A stretch of DNA of 64,000 nucleotides, from contig OZ241830.1 of the NCBI GenBank assembly GCA_965202585.1, positions 61,628,001 to 61,692,000 of the forward strand. Reading direction: 5' to 3'. Positions 1-14,084 of the stretch are shown piece by piece. This DNA is from Thalia democratica (lineage: Eukaryota). Position numbers and translations under genes: made by a program. Within the stretch, counting starts at the first letter, position 1, and the number at the start of each line of letters is the position of its first letter. The notes below the pieces were generated by a model that saw nothing but the letters and a program-made list of their open reading frames with translations, searched no databases and was not told the DNA's origin.

Positions 1-3000
1 TTTGATAACTATGTGTTTTATCAGTTTTGTAAACTAACTTTTTTTCAGTTGACTCAGATAACGTAAAAATGACGACTAATTTATTTATATTTTCTATACT
101 TTAGTATTAAAACATAAACTGATAAAATTTGAAATATTTTAGTTTATGAAGAAACAAGGTTTTATTAAATTCCGTTTTTCTCGTTTAATATTGTATACTT
201 TTTTATAATTCAAATAGCTACAAAAAATATTCTATAGTTTATAATAAAGTTTGTTCATCGTGATTTTATGTTTAATAAATATTATGTTTAACTTTTACTT
301 TCTTTAGTGTTTTGAGTTATATTGTTTTACAACAAAACTTTAATTTTTTTTTTTTAAACTAATTACTTAAATTAACAACAATTACACAGATAAACAATAA
401 CTTTCATAAATTAAATACAAAAAATATACCATAATAAACAATTATTTTGTTTTTTAAAACAAATCTTAAATTTCAGTTTGCCAAATTATTATAACTTTTT
501 TATTTTTGGTTGTCTTTTGGCATAACTAACTAAAATGGATTTTTTTAATAAAAACATATTTTGGTTAATGACTAACGACTTGATAAATTTCAAACAACAA
601 AGTTTGTTTTTAAAATGTTTTTGTATTATAAAATGCTATTACTGTGTCAAAATTTCTATCAAATAGTTCTTTTGGTTAACTTTCTGTTAAGTTTTGCCTT
701 TTTTTAGTGTTTTTTCGTTTTTGAATTAGTTAAATAATTGTTTTAAATGTTTTATGTTCAGTTTTAAAATTCGTTATTTTTTAATTTTCATTTTTATAAA
801 CTAGCTTTACATGCTATTTATCTACAGCTATAGATTTCTTAAGTTTTTATGATTATATTTTACTAGTTTTTCTTTATTATGATTTAAAATTTGACAAAGT
901 TTCAAACTTGTTTTGCTACATTATTCAAGTTATACAATACCACTATTCATAAATAAGGAAATAAACAAAAAATATTAGACTAAAAATTGTTTATATTTCA
1001 GCAATTGATAATAGTTGTTTAAACAATGATTTATTTATGAACTAAAAACCGCTGCTTTTGATTACATTATAACAAAGCTAAATTGATAGGTTAAATTTAT
1101 TTTTTTCTTTTTACTAATTTTGAGTTTTTTCTTTCCTTTTAAATGTATGAAACTAACAAATTTTTTTCTCCAATAAATTTACTAGGTCAAGCAAGTTTTT
1201 GTAATTTAATAACTTGTATTTAGTTGCTAATAAACTGTCTATCATAAAATATATCTGTAAACTCAATTGTAAAGAACCATAAAAGTGAAATCCCAATAAT
1301 GAATTATCCAAAAATACTACTAAATATTAACAGCAACGTGATCACGACTAACAAAGTGAAGCAATTACTTTAAATTTACTTGAAGCACATTGTTAAATAA
1401 AACAGTAGCTCTACAACGGGGTTTTATAAAATGCACAATATTGCCTCTAAAAGGCAATAACTAATAAAGGGGCTACATATTAAATGGGTAATTAGCTAGT
1501 AGAAAGGGGGCGATTATGTTTTAAATTTCTGTGAGCACTTATGAAAAAGAGATTTTATTTAATAATTGACTCTTCTTACCTTCTGTAAAAGTTGTTTTAC
1601 ACTATATTTTAGTTTTTTTTTAGTGTTTAAATTTTCTTTATGTACATTTAAAATTACGTTTTTTTTTTATATATCATGTAAGTTTGCTACTTGTCTTAAT
1701 ATTTGCTTTAGAATTTCATATATACGCAAAACATAAAAATTTGACCAATGTTTTATAATCCTTTTTACCTTCGGGCTTCCTTATATAAGCTCTAACCAAA
1801 GCATAAAGTCTATAGAAACTCATATGTAGCAATTATTCCTAGTATAACTGATGTACTTTAAAACCAGTATTGTCGAACTACAATTGCTTAGGCATGATAA
1901 GTTTTGTTTAAAATATAACTATTAACTAAACCTTTCTTCAGCTTTACATGTTAATTTTTTTTATTTAAAATCAGTATGATTTTGTAATGAAAGTTACAAC
2001 TTTGTGTTTATATAAGTATTATTTAGAATTTTGTTTTTTCAAATAGCTCCATAAAAAAGGAAAAAAAAGGTAGTCACATATTTTAAGCTTTTGTAGAAAC
2101 CATGTTTGTTAAAAATGTTAATTATTACTTTCAAATCCCAACACTTACTTTTAAAACTAGATACAACATTTAAAGTTTTCCTGTAATAGTTTCAGTTTTA
2201 TTAAATTAATATTTTTAATAATCTTAACAGTTTTAAATTAATCTTAACTATATGTATGTTTAAATTTTAATGGAAAATTTATAATAGTTTTTGTTTCACA
2301 AGCAATTTTTAAACATTTAAACCGAATAACTATTTGTTTTTAATTTATACTGATAAACGTACCCTAAGTTTTGCATATAAAGTTTATATAGTTGAAGAAG
2401 TTAAAACTAAGCTAATAATTATAATAGAAATGAATAAAAAACATACTTTAATCAAGACAAAAAAAAACTTCACAGTTTTATTTTCTATTGACAACAACCA
2501 TGTAAATTTTATTTGTTGTATTAATTGGTTATACTTGTAAATTTTTTAAACTCTCAACAAATTAAAATGTTTCTATAAAAGCTAATTGTACTAAAAGCAT
2601 ACACTTTTACACAAGGCATCAAAAAACTTAAGTAAAAGGTTGTGATTCCCAGTTTTATATGTTGTTTGTTCTAACCTGGATTATATCTCTTTATTAAGAT
2701 GTATTGAGTTATAGTGGTTTCTAACCTTGTATTCCTGTATAAATTTAAGTTTTTTTTTTCTTATGCAAAACAGCTGTCTAACAATTCAAGTGTCAACAAC
2801 TTTTTTTTAACCAATAATCTGGAAGTAAATATAAGTTGGTTATACAATTTTTACTATATATAAAATATATTATCTGAAAAAAACGATACTATTCAATTTT
2901 GAGCAAATAACTTATAGCAAGTCCTATAAAACTAAATATTACCCAAACTTCAAGAAATTTTGCTTCTGTGGTGCCTGTGTCAAAATGTTTAAGTTTTGCA

Positions 3001-3666
3001 TAAACTATTTACAGTTTAGCTTAGGTAATTATATTAGTTTGTTTTACATAAAATTAAAAAATATAGTTTTTAGTTGTTCGATCACAATATTTTTTATACT
3101 ATTACAATTTGATTTACTGTTGATTTAAAGTTATATATTGACTATTACTAATGAAGAGTTAAAAATTCGTCAAAAAAGCTTTTATTTCTTCTGTTTGTCT
3201 ATTTACTGGTATTTTAGAAATTGTTATACAAACAAAATATTGATTTTGGATGAATAATTTTTTTAAGAATAAAAAAATCAAGTAATAAAATGTTTTTAAG
3301 TTTATTAATTTACTTTTTTGCCAGTCATTTATTTATTCAACAACCGTTGACCAAGTAAAAAGAGACACGTTTAGATAGATCACTAAAATAATAATTAACT
3401 TTTGCAGTGAAGATCAACTTTGTACTTATTGTCTGCAAATACCAAGTTTACGTAAACCGATTGTTTGATAATGTTTGATTAAATAGCTGCAATAAAATAG
3501 TTTGGATAAAACTTTTAATTATTTTACACTTTTAAAGTTATACCTTCTAAAACATGAAACTGTTAGAAAGTCCAAAAAAAATATTTACAGTTATTTTCGA
3601 TACTCTCTTAAACTAAGTTGTTTTATTTATTACAGTACTGTTCTGGGCATGACGTTAAACTGTTCT

Positions 3667-3775
3667 GGTGTATGACTCGATAACCGAAAGGTTTTTTGTA
3701 CACTAGGTGCTTGCACCAAATCTTCTTTTGAGCGTATTTTTTGTCGTTCAATAAACAATTATATATATTGTACAG
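3667..3775 (+). repeat. Dispersed ~110-bp repeat, copy 1 (probable transposon end)
   Basis: GGTGTATGACTCGATAACCGAAAGGTTTTTTGTACACTAGGT...GTTCAATAAACAAT aligns with 33456-33562. Confidence 0.7.
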
Positions 3776-6675
3776 TTTTTTGTTATGAATTTTTATTCAG
3801 AAAGCTTATAAATTAAGAAAAAAGTTTTTATTTTATAAATTTAAAGTTTTTAAAGATTTAACTTTGCAGTACTAGGAGTCAATTGTTTTAGATAAAGTAG
3901 TAAAAAGTTTTTGTTTAAAATGTAAGTTTGTTGGATAAGAGGTGTAAGTATAATTTAGTACCACTTTACAAGCTTTTTTTATTAAATCCTAATTGTAAAT
4001 TAAAACAAAATTGTGATAACTTAATGGCTTTACTGGTTAGTTTAAAATTAGTGTAGTAATTATCCTTGTTTAAGTTAATTTTTTTATTAAAGAAAATTAT
4101 TGATTTTTATTTAGAAGGTAATTTATGAAGTATTTTATTAGCAGTACTACATTAAATCTTTATTCGAGTATTTTTTATAACTTATTATAAGCTTGACAAA
4201 AATTTAAAAAAAGAGGTATCATCAAATTAACTTCTTTTGTTTCAAAACTGTCCATGAAGTTATTCTAAACTGAAAATATAAACTATTATAAACATACAAT
4301 TTTATACAAGGTTTATTTTTCTTAAATGTATGAAAGAAAAAGTTAGATTAACATGAAATAACTTCGGCTACTAAATTTTTTCATTACAACAATTTTGATA
4401 TGTAGTCAACAATAAATAAGAAAAAGTATTATAAAAATTTATTTTTTTATTCAAAACCATTTTTTAATCACGTTATGAAAATCTACTTAACTTTATTATT
4501 AGTAATTCTAATATAATAGAACTAAGTTTGTTTATAACAAAATTTTTAGAGTAAAAGCAAAGCTAAGTTTATATTAAAAAACTAATATACGGGTTACGTT
4601 TTTTTTTAATTAAAAACTAAAATATTATCCGTAATACAGGTATTTATTACTTTTTCTAATCGTTATTGTGTTTCTTAGTTTTAAAAACTCTTTACTTAAA
4701 AAACAATTAACTTCTGTTTAATTGAAGCTTTAAAGTTAACTTTAAGACAAAATCTGATAGAAGTTTTTTTGAAAATCATAACAGTCGACATAAAATATTT
4801 AGTTCATTTAGTAAGGCAATGCAAGGTTTTTTAATACTATAACAGTTTTAGTAATTGTTTTTACACATTTCTAATATTTGAATGTTATGTTTAAGTGTAC
4901 TCTTAAATAGGTGAGAAGGTTTTAGTGGTCAGTAAAATTTCTAAAAAATATTTTAGGTCCCTTAACAACAATTGATATTTTCAAAGGTTAACCAAGTAAA
5001 AAAACAGTCGTTTAAAGTTTATTTTATACAACTAATGTTTTAACCAAAAAATTAATACTGATCTATTAACAATGTATATTAATATTACAATTGGCATATT
5101 TTCAATTTGTTAATATTTTAAGTCAGTTTAGTCAGTAAAATAAACACTGTGAATTTTTGATCCACTCAACAAGTTGTAGCAATTTTGTTCAAATGAAAGC
5201 ATTGCAGTTTAAATTGTCACAATCATTCAGTAAATAAACAATTATGCATGTCGGCTGAAGCTTAAAATACTTTTTACAAAGATTTTTTTTGCGTTATTTG
5301 TCAATAAAGTTTTAAGACAATCATTTATGAATATATTTTAAATAAGTGTTGTGTTTGTGCAAAAAATGTCTTTGCTTAAATTTTGTCTTTAAGACCATAT
5401 ATAGTAGCTTTTCTATCTAAGTTGTTTTAGTGTGAATATTTTTTTTACATGTTTATTTCAAACTTATTTCTGAAAAAAAAATTCGTGATAAATCACATGT
5501 GCACTTTTAAAATCCATTTTTTGTCGGAAAGTTCTTTACAATTCTTTATTTTAATCATAAAAATAACTTAAAATTTCAACTAAAAACTCAATAAAAGACA
5601 TTATTAAAACAGGAAATATTTTTAATGATTCCAATTACATTTTTCTGTGTATTAATACAACGGTTGGTAAACTGTGAGCAAGTTTTAATTTTAGCTAAAA
5701 GCATAACTTTTCTAATATGTGTTAAAAACTTACTAATATCTTTATTATTTTACTTTTATTTTTTTATTATTTATTATTATACTTTATTATTTTTTATATC
5801 ACATTGTTGAACAAATAGAAGTAACTTTTGCAATGACTACTAAAAATTGTTTAAAATAACTGCGGCTCACAAAAGACTTTTATCAATACATTTTTTAAGG
5901 AAATTTGGTTTTACGACTTATAAAACGATTTTTGTATTATGATAACATTTAAGAGAATAATTATTATTGTTACTTAGTTTGTTAAATATCTAGATAAAAT
6001 TAAATATATTTTGATATGTACTTTAGCTTCAATAACAAAACTAATAAGTTTTTCAAAATATCTATAGACTATTTCGATAATGCAGCTTTTTTAATAATAT
6101 TTTGAATGAAATAATTTAAATAATTAATCAAAAAGTATTTAGTTTAATTCTTGTCTAAGAGAAAATATAAAACGTATAAAATGATTTTTTTAATCATCTT
6201 ACAAAAATTAGTTTGAGTCTATGACTGCTATAAGTTCTTATGGTTTAAGGTAAAACACCAATATTTCAAAAATTTATATTGAAAGTTTTAAAGATAAAAA
6301 AGTACTAGTTTTATAGGAGTAAACTGTATATCATTTTTGCTTTTTTAAACCTTAATTTTACTTTTTTTTTTATTATAAGACAAACGTCTAAACTAAATGT
6401 TTAATATAGATAACGTTTGAACATGCAACTAACCTATAAAAACAAAATTATATATTAAATAGTGTTTATCACTTTTGAAAATAACACTAGTAACTTTTAC
6501 CAAATACTAAACAGTTTAGTTGTTGAATAATATATACTTATAAAAGAATATTTTTTACAAAGTATAAAACAGGCGATAAACATAAGCTAACTTAGTTATT
6601 TTACGGTATGCTTTTAACCAAAATAAAATAACTAAAACTACAAGATTTTTTTTTATATCTTTGTAGAAGTTTATA

Positions 6676-9265
6676 ATGAACTTTTTAAGTATTTTCACCG
6701 TTGGACTATTAGTCAATGTGGCAGTGTGTGATGTCGGCTCAGTTGAAAAGTCATGTATTCTATCTGCTTCTCATAATGACATTTCAAATGTTATGAATTT
6801 AGTTGATTTACAAGATGAGCGAATCAAAGCTCTTGAAAGCTTAGTTGACCAATTGTCAAGTAAGCATATATGTGTTAATAACAAATAATTTTTACCGTAT
6901 TCATAGACTTTTGTCATCAGAAAACTACATAGAGTAATAACTTTTAGAAGTTTGAGATTGTTTAAGTAAGATATCTTTTTAACAGTTTTTAAGTACTTTA
7001 ACTACATAAACTATTTAGCTAAGAAATATTTTGAAAATCCTTTGAGGTTTATATATTACACACAAATGCTTTTAACTACTACATACTTATAAAGTATACT
7101 TAGTACTTCATGTATAAGTAATATAAACATGAACCTTTTATAGATAACTAATTTTATCACCTTTGAAAGTTATTCGTTTTAAGTATTTGATAGAGGATTA
7201 GTGTAAGTAAATGAGTTTTAAGTTGTGTATCAAATAATTATGCTAAAATAAATAACAAAGTTTCAAACAGGCATTGAAGTACTAAATTTTTAAATTTTTA
7301 AAAAAAGTTCCGTACTAAAAGCAACTACATTAGACTAACAACAGTAATTTTCTTATGGTAATATTAGATTATTAAAAGAACTAATATCAAAAGAATCAAC
7401 GTTTTTTTTTAATAATGAATTAGAAAATAAAAAATGAAATAAAATAAATAAGTAGCACTCTTGCCTAACCAAAAAATTTCACAAGAATTTCTTTGTTTCA
7501 ATCTAATGTTTTTGAAAAACTAGTTTATAACAAACTAAAAGGTTGTGAAATGGTGAACATACCAAATTCAAACTCTGACATGTTCAACATTGTGAAAAAT
7601 GGTGAGAGTATCACTTTTAAGTGTGCAGATGACCATTTCTCCCGTGACGTTTTGACCCGTAAATGTGTCCTCGGAAAATTCAAACCTTCATTCAATGACA
7701 GCCCATTGAAATGCAAACGAAGTACTTGAGTTTGATTTAAAATATATTTATTTCTAAGACATTTGTTACAGCTTATGCTAAAAACAATTATCAGTAAGTT
7801 TGTATTGAACTATTGTTAAAACGCTTATTGTGAAATTTATATTTAAGTTTCGTAAGTAGTTTTAATTGTTTTTATTAAAAAATCACAGACCCACCAAAAT
7901 ACTTTTATGTTGACGAAAGATTGGGCTGGAAAGATTCTCAGAAGTATTGCAAGGAAAAATTTAACGGTAATTTGGCGACCCATGGATTAGAAACCGCTGC
8001 CGGCAGAATGTAAATACAAATAATCATTTTAACTGTATATAACTTATGTTTCTTACAAACACCATAAGTTTTTATTTATATCAATATACAACTGCTTTAA
8101 AGTTAAACCTACAAACTGAATTATAGATAGCATTAATGATGACCTTAAGTTTAACTATAAATCGTTTAAGAACAACATCTTAAAATTTTGTTCAAATTAC
8201 TTCGTTTAGAGCTCAAAATAAAACTTTCATTTATAATTCAAATGTTTAGCAACTTTAATTCTAACTTAAGAAAAATCTATAATTGTTAAAAAACACAAAA
8301 TTTAAAAAACGTAATTAAACATCACCAGCAAGATGTGCAAGAAATTAAACCTTACGAGCACCGACGTTAGTTTGGGGTTCCACAAGGAGTTTGGGGTGTG
8401 GGCGCGGGTTGACGGTACAGTGCTGGACCCTCCCCACGACGGCTACTGGTTCCCAGATTACCCGCGAAAAAACGTAAACTACGACTTCATGCGGTAAGAA
8501 TATTAAAATTTGTTTTGTTGGTGGTGTTTTTTCTTTAAGAAACTATTGTTGTAAGTTTAAGATTTGCTTAAGTTTTTTGTTTTCGTAAAGTAAAATATTT
8601 TTGGTCTTCAACTTGTTGGTACTAATTAAAGATTTAAAGCTAAAGTGTGAATAAATTGTTTTTGATTTTATTCTTTGAGCGCAAACTATTGGTATCTTTA
8701 CACAACAGATGAATTGAACTTTCAAATTTTTTAAGGTTTATTTTTTGTCTAGAGTTTTGATGCTTTTTGCTAGATATAACTAAAGAACTACTTAAATAAA
8801 TTAAAATTAAAAAAAACGTAGAGTAGTCTAAAAACAAATACTCTTACAAAGCTTGATAAAAATTATAAGTAATTAATCAAACACTAGGTTTCCTTAAAAT
8901 CTAATAATATTTTTTTACAATAGTCTTCTACTTTTTTTAATTTATGAGAGTATTTATAAAAAAAATTGTTTTTTATAACTCTTTTTATTACAATTTTCAA
9001 CGTTTTTTTACAATTTTCAACTTTTTTTTATACTTAACTGTATTAGCTAATAAAGTTTTTAAATTAAAGTGTGATACAAAATAAAAACCGACTTTTTTTT
9101 TTAAGTTAATGTATTTTTATAACACAGTTATAGAAAGCTAGTTGTTGATTATTTTTTATAAACAGATGCGTTTGTTACGATGATGCTGATTTGGGAAAAT
9201 GTTGGAACCACAAGCAGAATATCGCCTACCCATTTGTATGTGAAACTTATGACAGAAGCTTGTAA
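6676..9265 (+). CDS. Secreted Sushi/CCP + C-type lectin domain protein, 249 aa; join(6676..6859,7542..7721,7889..8009,8329..8493,9166..9265)
   Basis: Five exons, all GT-AG, phases 1,1,2,2; total 750 nt = 249 aa + TAA. Hydrophobic signal peptide MNFLSIFTVGLLVNVAVC, then heptad-like segment DISNVMNLVDLQDERIKALESLVDQLS. Four-Cys Sushi exon: CEMVNIP...GESITFKC...TRKC...PLKC. CTLD: YFYVDERLGWKDSQKYCKEKFNGNLAT ... CVCY...CWNH...PFVCE. Confidence 0.88.
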
Positions 9266-12200
9266 TTACAAATAGCGTTATTTTTATCTACTATACTAAA
9301 TACTCACTTTTATAAAAATTAAGCAACTTTATCATTATTTACTTTAATGACTTGTGAAAAGGCTGATTTAAAAAAAAAACAAGTCGTACTAGATTGATTT
9401 TTTTCTTTTATACATAGGCTTTTTAAATAGTTGATTTGTATGTTTTTTTATATTCTTTGTTAGCTTATTTTTTATATGATTTTTACCTGTTAGGTAACAT
9501 TTCCTTCAAGCTATTTCTTATTAGACTATTTTTTCAACGTTTAGTAAAAATTAAAAATAAAAAAAAATTAAATTTTGCGGAAGTAAACTCTTTGACTACT
9601 GTGAATTTAATTTGTATTTTTATACAGAAAAATGTTTTACAACTTTATGTATTGAATTAATATGTTATTTTTATTTACCAAGTTTTAAACTAAACTTCTA
9701 TATACACTCTTTTAAAACAAAGCAATAACTAAATCACTTTCAGCCAAAATTTATCAATTATATTTACGTTGTATAACGTTTTTAAAACACTACAATTGTA
9801 GAACCTTTATTTGGTTCTTTTCTTATTATTACAATACATTAAAAAGAACCTTCATTAACTTTAGTACTCTAAATTTTATAAGCATACAAACTTGCAGCTT
9901 TTAAATAAAAAAATAAGCATGAATCTAAATTAATCGTTTTATATTACAAATATGTTATTATTTTTTTATTGTACAAGAAACGATATCAATAGTTTTTTTT
10001 TTAATCAAACTCGGCTCATATATAACAAATTAGCCACGATAGTCCACGATATTGTCAAAAAGCTGATGAAAAAATTAAAAATTATCAACAATTTGTTTCT
10101 TTTTGTCAATAAGTTTAGTGCCCTAAACATTTTTTACAAGTGAAAAAAAATATTTGATGAGTTTTTATAAAAACTGTTCAATGTAACTTAACAATCATAA
10201 TTTACAAAATATTCAACGAAATTTATGACGAAAACTTCTTAATATTATTAGATTAAAAACTAATATAATATGTTTATTTTTGTATCAAATTGATAGATTT
10301 TTGTTTGATAGAATTTTTGATATTATTTCATTTACTTAACTTATTTATACTCTCTATGTTTTGTAGCATTCTAAGATATTTTATTTATTCTACTCGTAGA
10401 ACTTGTATAAAAAATATTACTTTTAATTACTAATTATAATTAATAAAGTATAAACTTTAAAAAATAGCGGCGTTTAAAGAGTACGAATTTTTAGTAATAT
10501 AACTATTTATAGTTTTAAATAAAGTTTTATGCTTAATTATCTATTAAATAAAATTAATTTGAAGCTTTATAAGTTTTTAATAATTTGAATGAATAAACTG
10601 TATTCATAAAGGCTTATTTAAAACTATGAATAAACAATAAATCTAATAGAAGAAAATCTAAAAGTTAAAAATTTTAACAAAAACTTTTATTTCAGTTACT
10701 AGTTTAGAAACTATAAAATTTAGTCAAACTTTTTTTTAATGTTTTATAAACTTATACCTTATTTTCTAACTTCAAAATGTAAATTTCAAATTAACAGGTT
10801 TTTAGTAAATTAATAGATAACAACTTTATAGATTATTTGTTTTGGGAACTTTAAAAATACAATATAAGTATTGACTGGACTCTTGTTTACACACAAACTG
10901 TTAATTATAGTTTTAAAAGTTATTTATAAGCATTAAACAAACTAAACAAATGTATGATGTCTAGCTTCAAAGCTATATGTAAATATTGAGGTAAAGATAT
11001 AATGTTCCGATTATATTTTTTGAACGTCTACTTTGCTTTGTTTTTATAAAAACTTAAGTTCAGTTTGTCGTTATTTCGTCATTTCTATGAAATATATTTC
11101 TATTTTTTTAAATCTACTTACACTTTAACACAAAAAACCAAAAGTTATATAAAGGTAGAATTTAGAAATTGCAAAATTGACTGGTATTCAGAAATTTATT
11201 TTTGTTTAAGATATTGTTCCCTAAATTACTTCAAAAATTGTTGAAAAGATAATAAAACATAGTATAACTTTTAGAAGCTAAAAAAGAAATTAGAAATAAC
11301 AAAAAAAGTAAAGCTACAGAGGCTACTTAGGCTTACTTAAAAAACTAAAACAATTTCTTAGCAGTAAATTTTTAAGTAACTTGTATTATTATTACATAAT
11401 TATTTTAAAACGTTTTGAAACATTTATATAAAAGTAATTTATTCACAATTTTAAAAACTTTTTTTTTGAAAACTTGATCAAGAAAATTTCTTTATTAAGC
11501 GTAAAAACCACTTTGCCAGTAAAACAAAAAAAGTTCTTTGTTACAAAGGTTAGTTGATGATATTCCATATAAACAATCGAAATAAGGAAAAAAAAGAATA
11601 AAAAACATTTTGTAATAAAACATACAAAAAGGCTGTAGTATAAGTATGTACTAGAAAAACGTGACAAGTGTTATAATTTAAAAATCATTTAAATGTTACA
11701 AATAAGCTCTCAACAGACAATTAACTCTTAAGCTGTAAGAAAGTATAATATACTTCTAATCATTGTCACCAAAATATCCGAAACAACAAAAATGTCACAA
11801 ATACTACAACAAAAAAACATAAGCATGAAAATGCGGAAAGCTATGACAACTATGCTTCTAATACAACCATTGCTTTAATAAAAACAATTATAAGCTTATT
11901 ATAAAATAAAAGTGCTAATACAATATTTCGATCCTTATTTATTTTTAACTCGCCGTGTATGGTATATTTTAGTTTTTACCACATTTTTTTTTTATATAAC
12001 CTAAAGATTATTATAATTCAGTAAGTTGCTGCAACTATATAACAATATAGAGTTTATAACGTATAACTGCAGATTGAATCACTTAAAAGTACTCAGTAGA
12101 ATTTTTAAAGCTACTTTTTAATATTTTAATAAAAACGCCAAAAAATATTACTTTAGTAAATAGCACCTTAAACATTTTCAGAAAATAAATTTTTTTTTAT

Positions 12201-13905
12201 ACTTATGGTACAAACTAAACACAAAAACTTTAAATGAGTTATAAGTATAACTGACATACTTTTGATATAAGTAAAAGTTTTTTATTTATAATGGTGCACC
12301 GCATGACCTTAAGACGTAGACTTATAGAACAAACTAAATTTTAATTATGACCCAATTAAAGCATTTTGTTTAAATTAAAGTTAAAGTATTTGGTACTTAC
12401 TACATAGTGAACTTTAAGTCAAGTTCTATATGATTTTTTTTTCTAAGTAAAAATACATTTTTTGCTCAACCAAGACTTTTTTTAATTAGTTTAGAGTTTC
12501 TTATTAATATAGAAATATATAAATATTGTTTTTATTTATTGATAATAGAAAGATGAATTTAGAAAGCTATTTACTTTTTTTTTGAAAGTTTAATGGTATA
12601 GTAATCAATTGTTCATTACTGATTTACAATAAACCGAAAAAAAGTAATTTATACATCAAATCATTAAATAAGTGTTACTTCTGTTTTAATGAATTAAGAT
12701 ATTTTTAATAACAATGTAAGTTATTGTAGTTGCGCAAACATTTACGTGTTTAAATTATGCTTAAAGAAAAAAAAAACAGTTTTCTCTTACATTAAAAAAA
12801 AAGTTTTCAGAGAAATTTTCAAAAACTTCTGAGGTAAATTATTTTCGACTTCAAAATTCTAAAACCACAATAATTTTTACACACCAAAAACCAAATTACT
12901 TGTAAAACTTTTATATTACATTAAGCATTTATCACCTTAAAAACAAATTGTTTTAGTCTTAGATAATACTTAGTAGAATAAGCTAGGATACCAAAAAGCC
13001 TTTTAACAATATAAAATAAACTTAATATATGGTAAATCAATAGAATTTGTGTTTAATATGTTAAGTCTGACTGAAATCTACTTTAAATAATTAAAATTCA
13101 AAAATTATTTAAAGTAAGTATTTTTTTATAATTCAGGCACTATTACGACTTTGTGCTTAAATAATAGAATTTCGACTCATAACTATTTTGTTTCCTGAAA
13201 AAGACAAAATCACTGGTTTGTTATTTTTTAAGTTGATTAAAATAATTTACGTTGTACGTACTGATAGTAATAAAAAACATCTATTTTTATTTTTATTAAT
13301 TGATATCACTTCTTTGTACTACAATAACACTAAAGACAAACATAAGATAAAGTATAAGACCATGATGAAGTTTTGTAAATGGATATTAGAAATATTTTGA
13401 TTGTTTTATAGATTTTTAAACTTAAAACAAGTACTCATAAAATAAAGTAAATACAACTATTTCAAAATAAATTGTTGTTACTGATATTTATTTACTAGTG
13501 AATTTAATGTTACTAATTATTTATTTATTTAAAACTACACTCTTAAAATCATCAAAAGAAAAGTTAACTAAGATCATTTTAAACAACTAGTTGTTTAACA
13601 TTATTATCTAAGTTTAAGATTATTAGGTATTTAATTTGTACAAAATCTATGCATTATTGCAAATCAGTTGTTTTTTGCAACTAGATCAACTTATTGAAAT
13701 AATTAGTATATTTTTATTATATAAACACTTTTTTTCTAAATAATTTTAGGGTATTAGTCCATTTTAATTACGACGACTATTTCTATTAAAGACTTATTAT
13801 ATAAGTCCCTCTAAAAAATGGTTTCCTAAGTGAGCGAAATTGCTTCTTTATAGTTTTTAACTGCTCAATGGGTAATAAATGGGCAAAAGTAAGGGAGATT
13901 TTATA

Positions 13906-14084
13906 GGTATATTTAAAATTCCCAACCGCGATAAATTCCCACCCTTTTTTTATCATTTATTTTTCCTTAATTTTTTATTTTTATTTTTTACTATCACTGT
14001 TACCCCTAACCCTCCCTGGTCGGTAAGCGGTTCTCGGATTCGATTGGGTGGGAGTTGATCGCGGGTTGGAACTGAGTGGTTCCC
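13906..14084. mobile_element. Short degenerate MITE sharing its internal module with the 54193-54675 element
   Basis: ~39-bp imperfect TIRs (TTCCCAACCGCGATAAATTCCCACCC vs reverse complement TTCCAACCCGCGATCAACTCCCACCC). Internal TTTTTACTATCACTGTTACCCCTAAC..CCCT.GGTCGGTAAG. Flanks only partly duplicated (ATTTTATA/ATTTTAAG). Confidence 0.65.
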
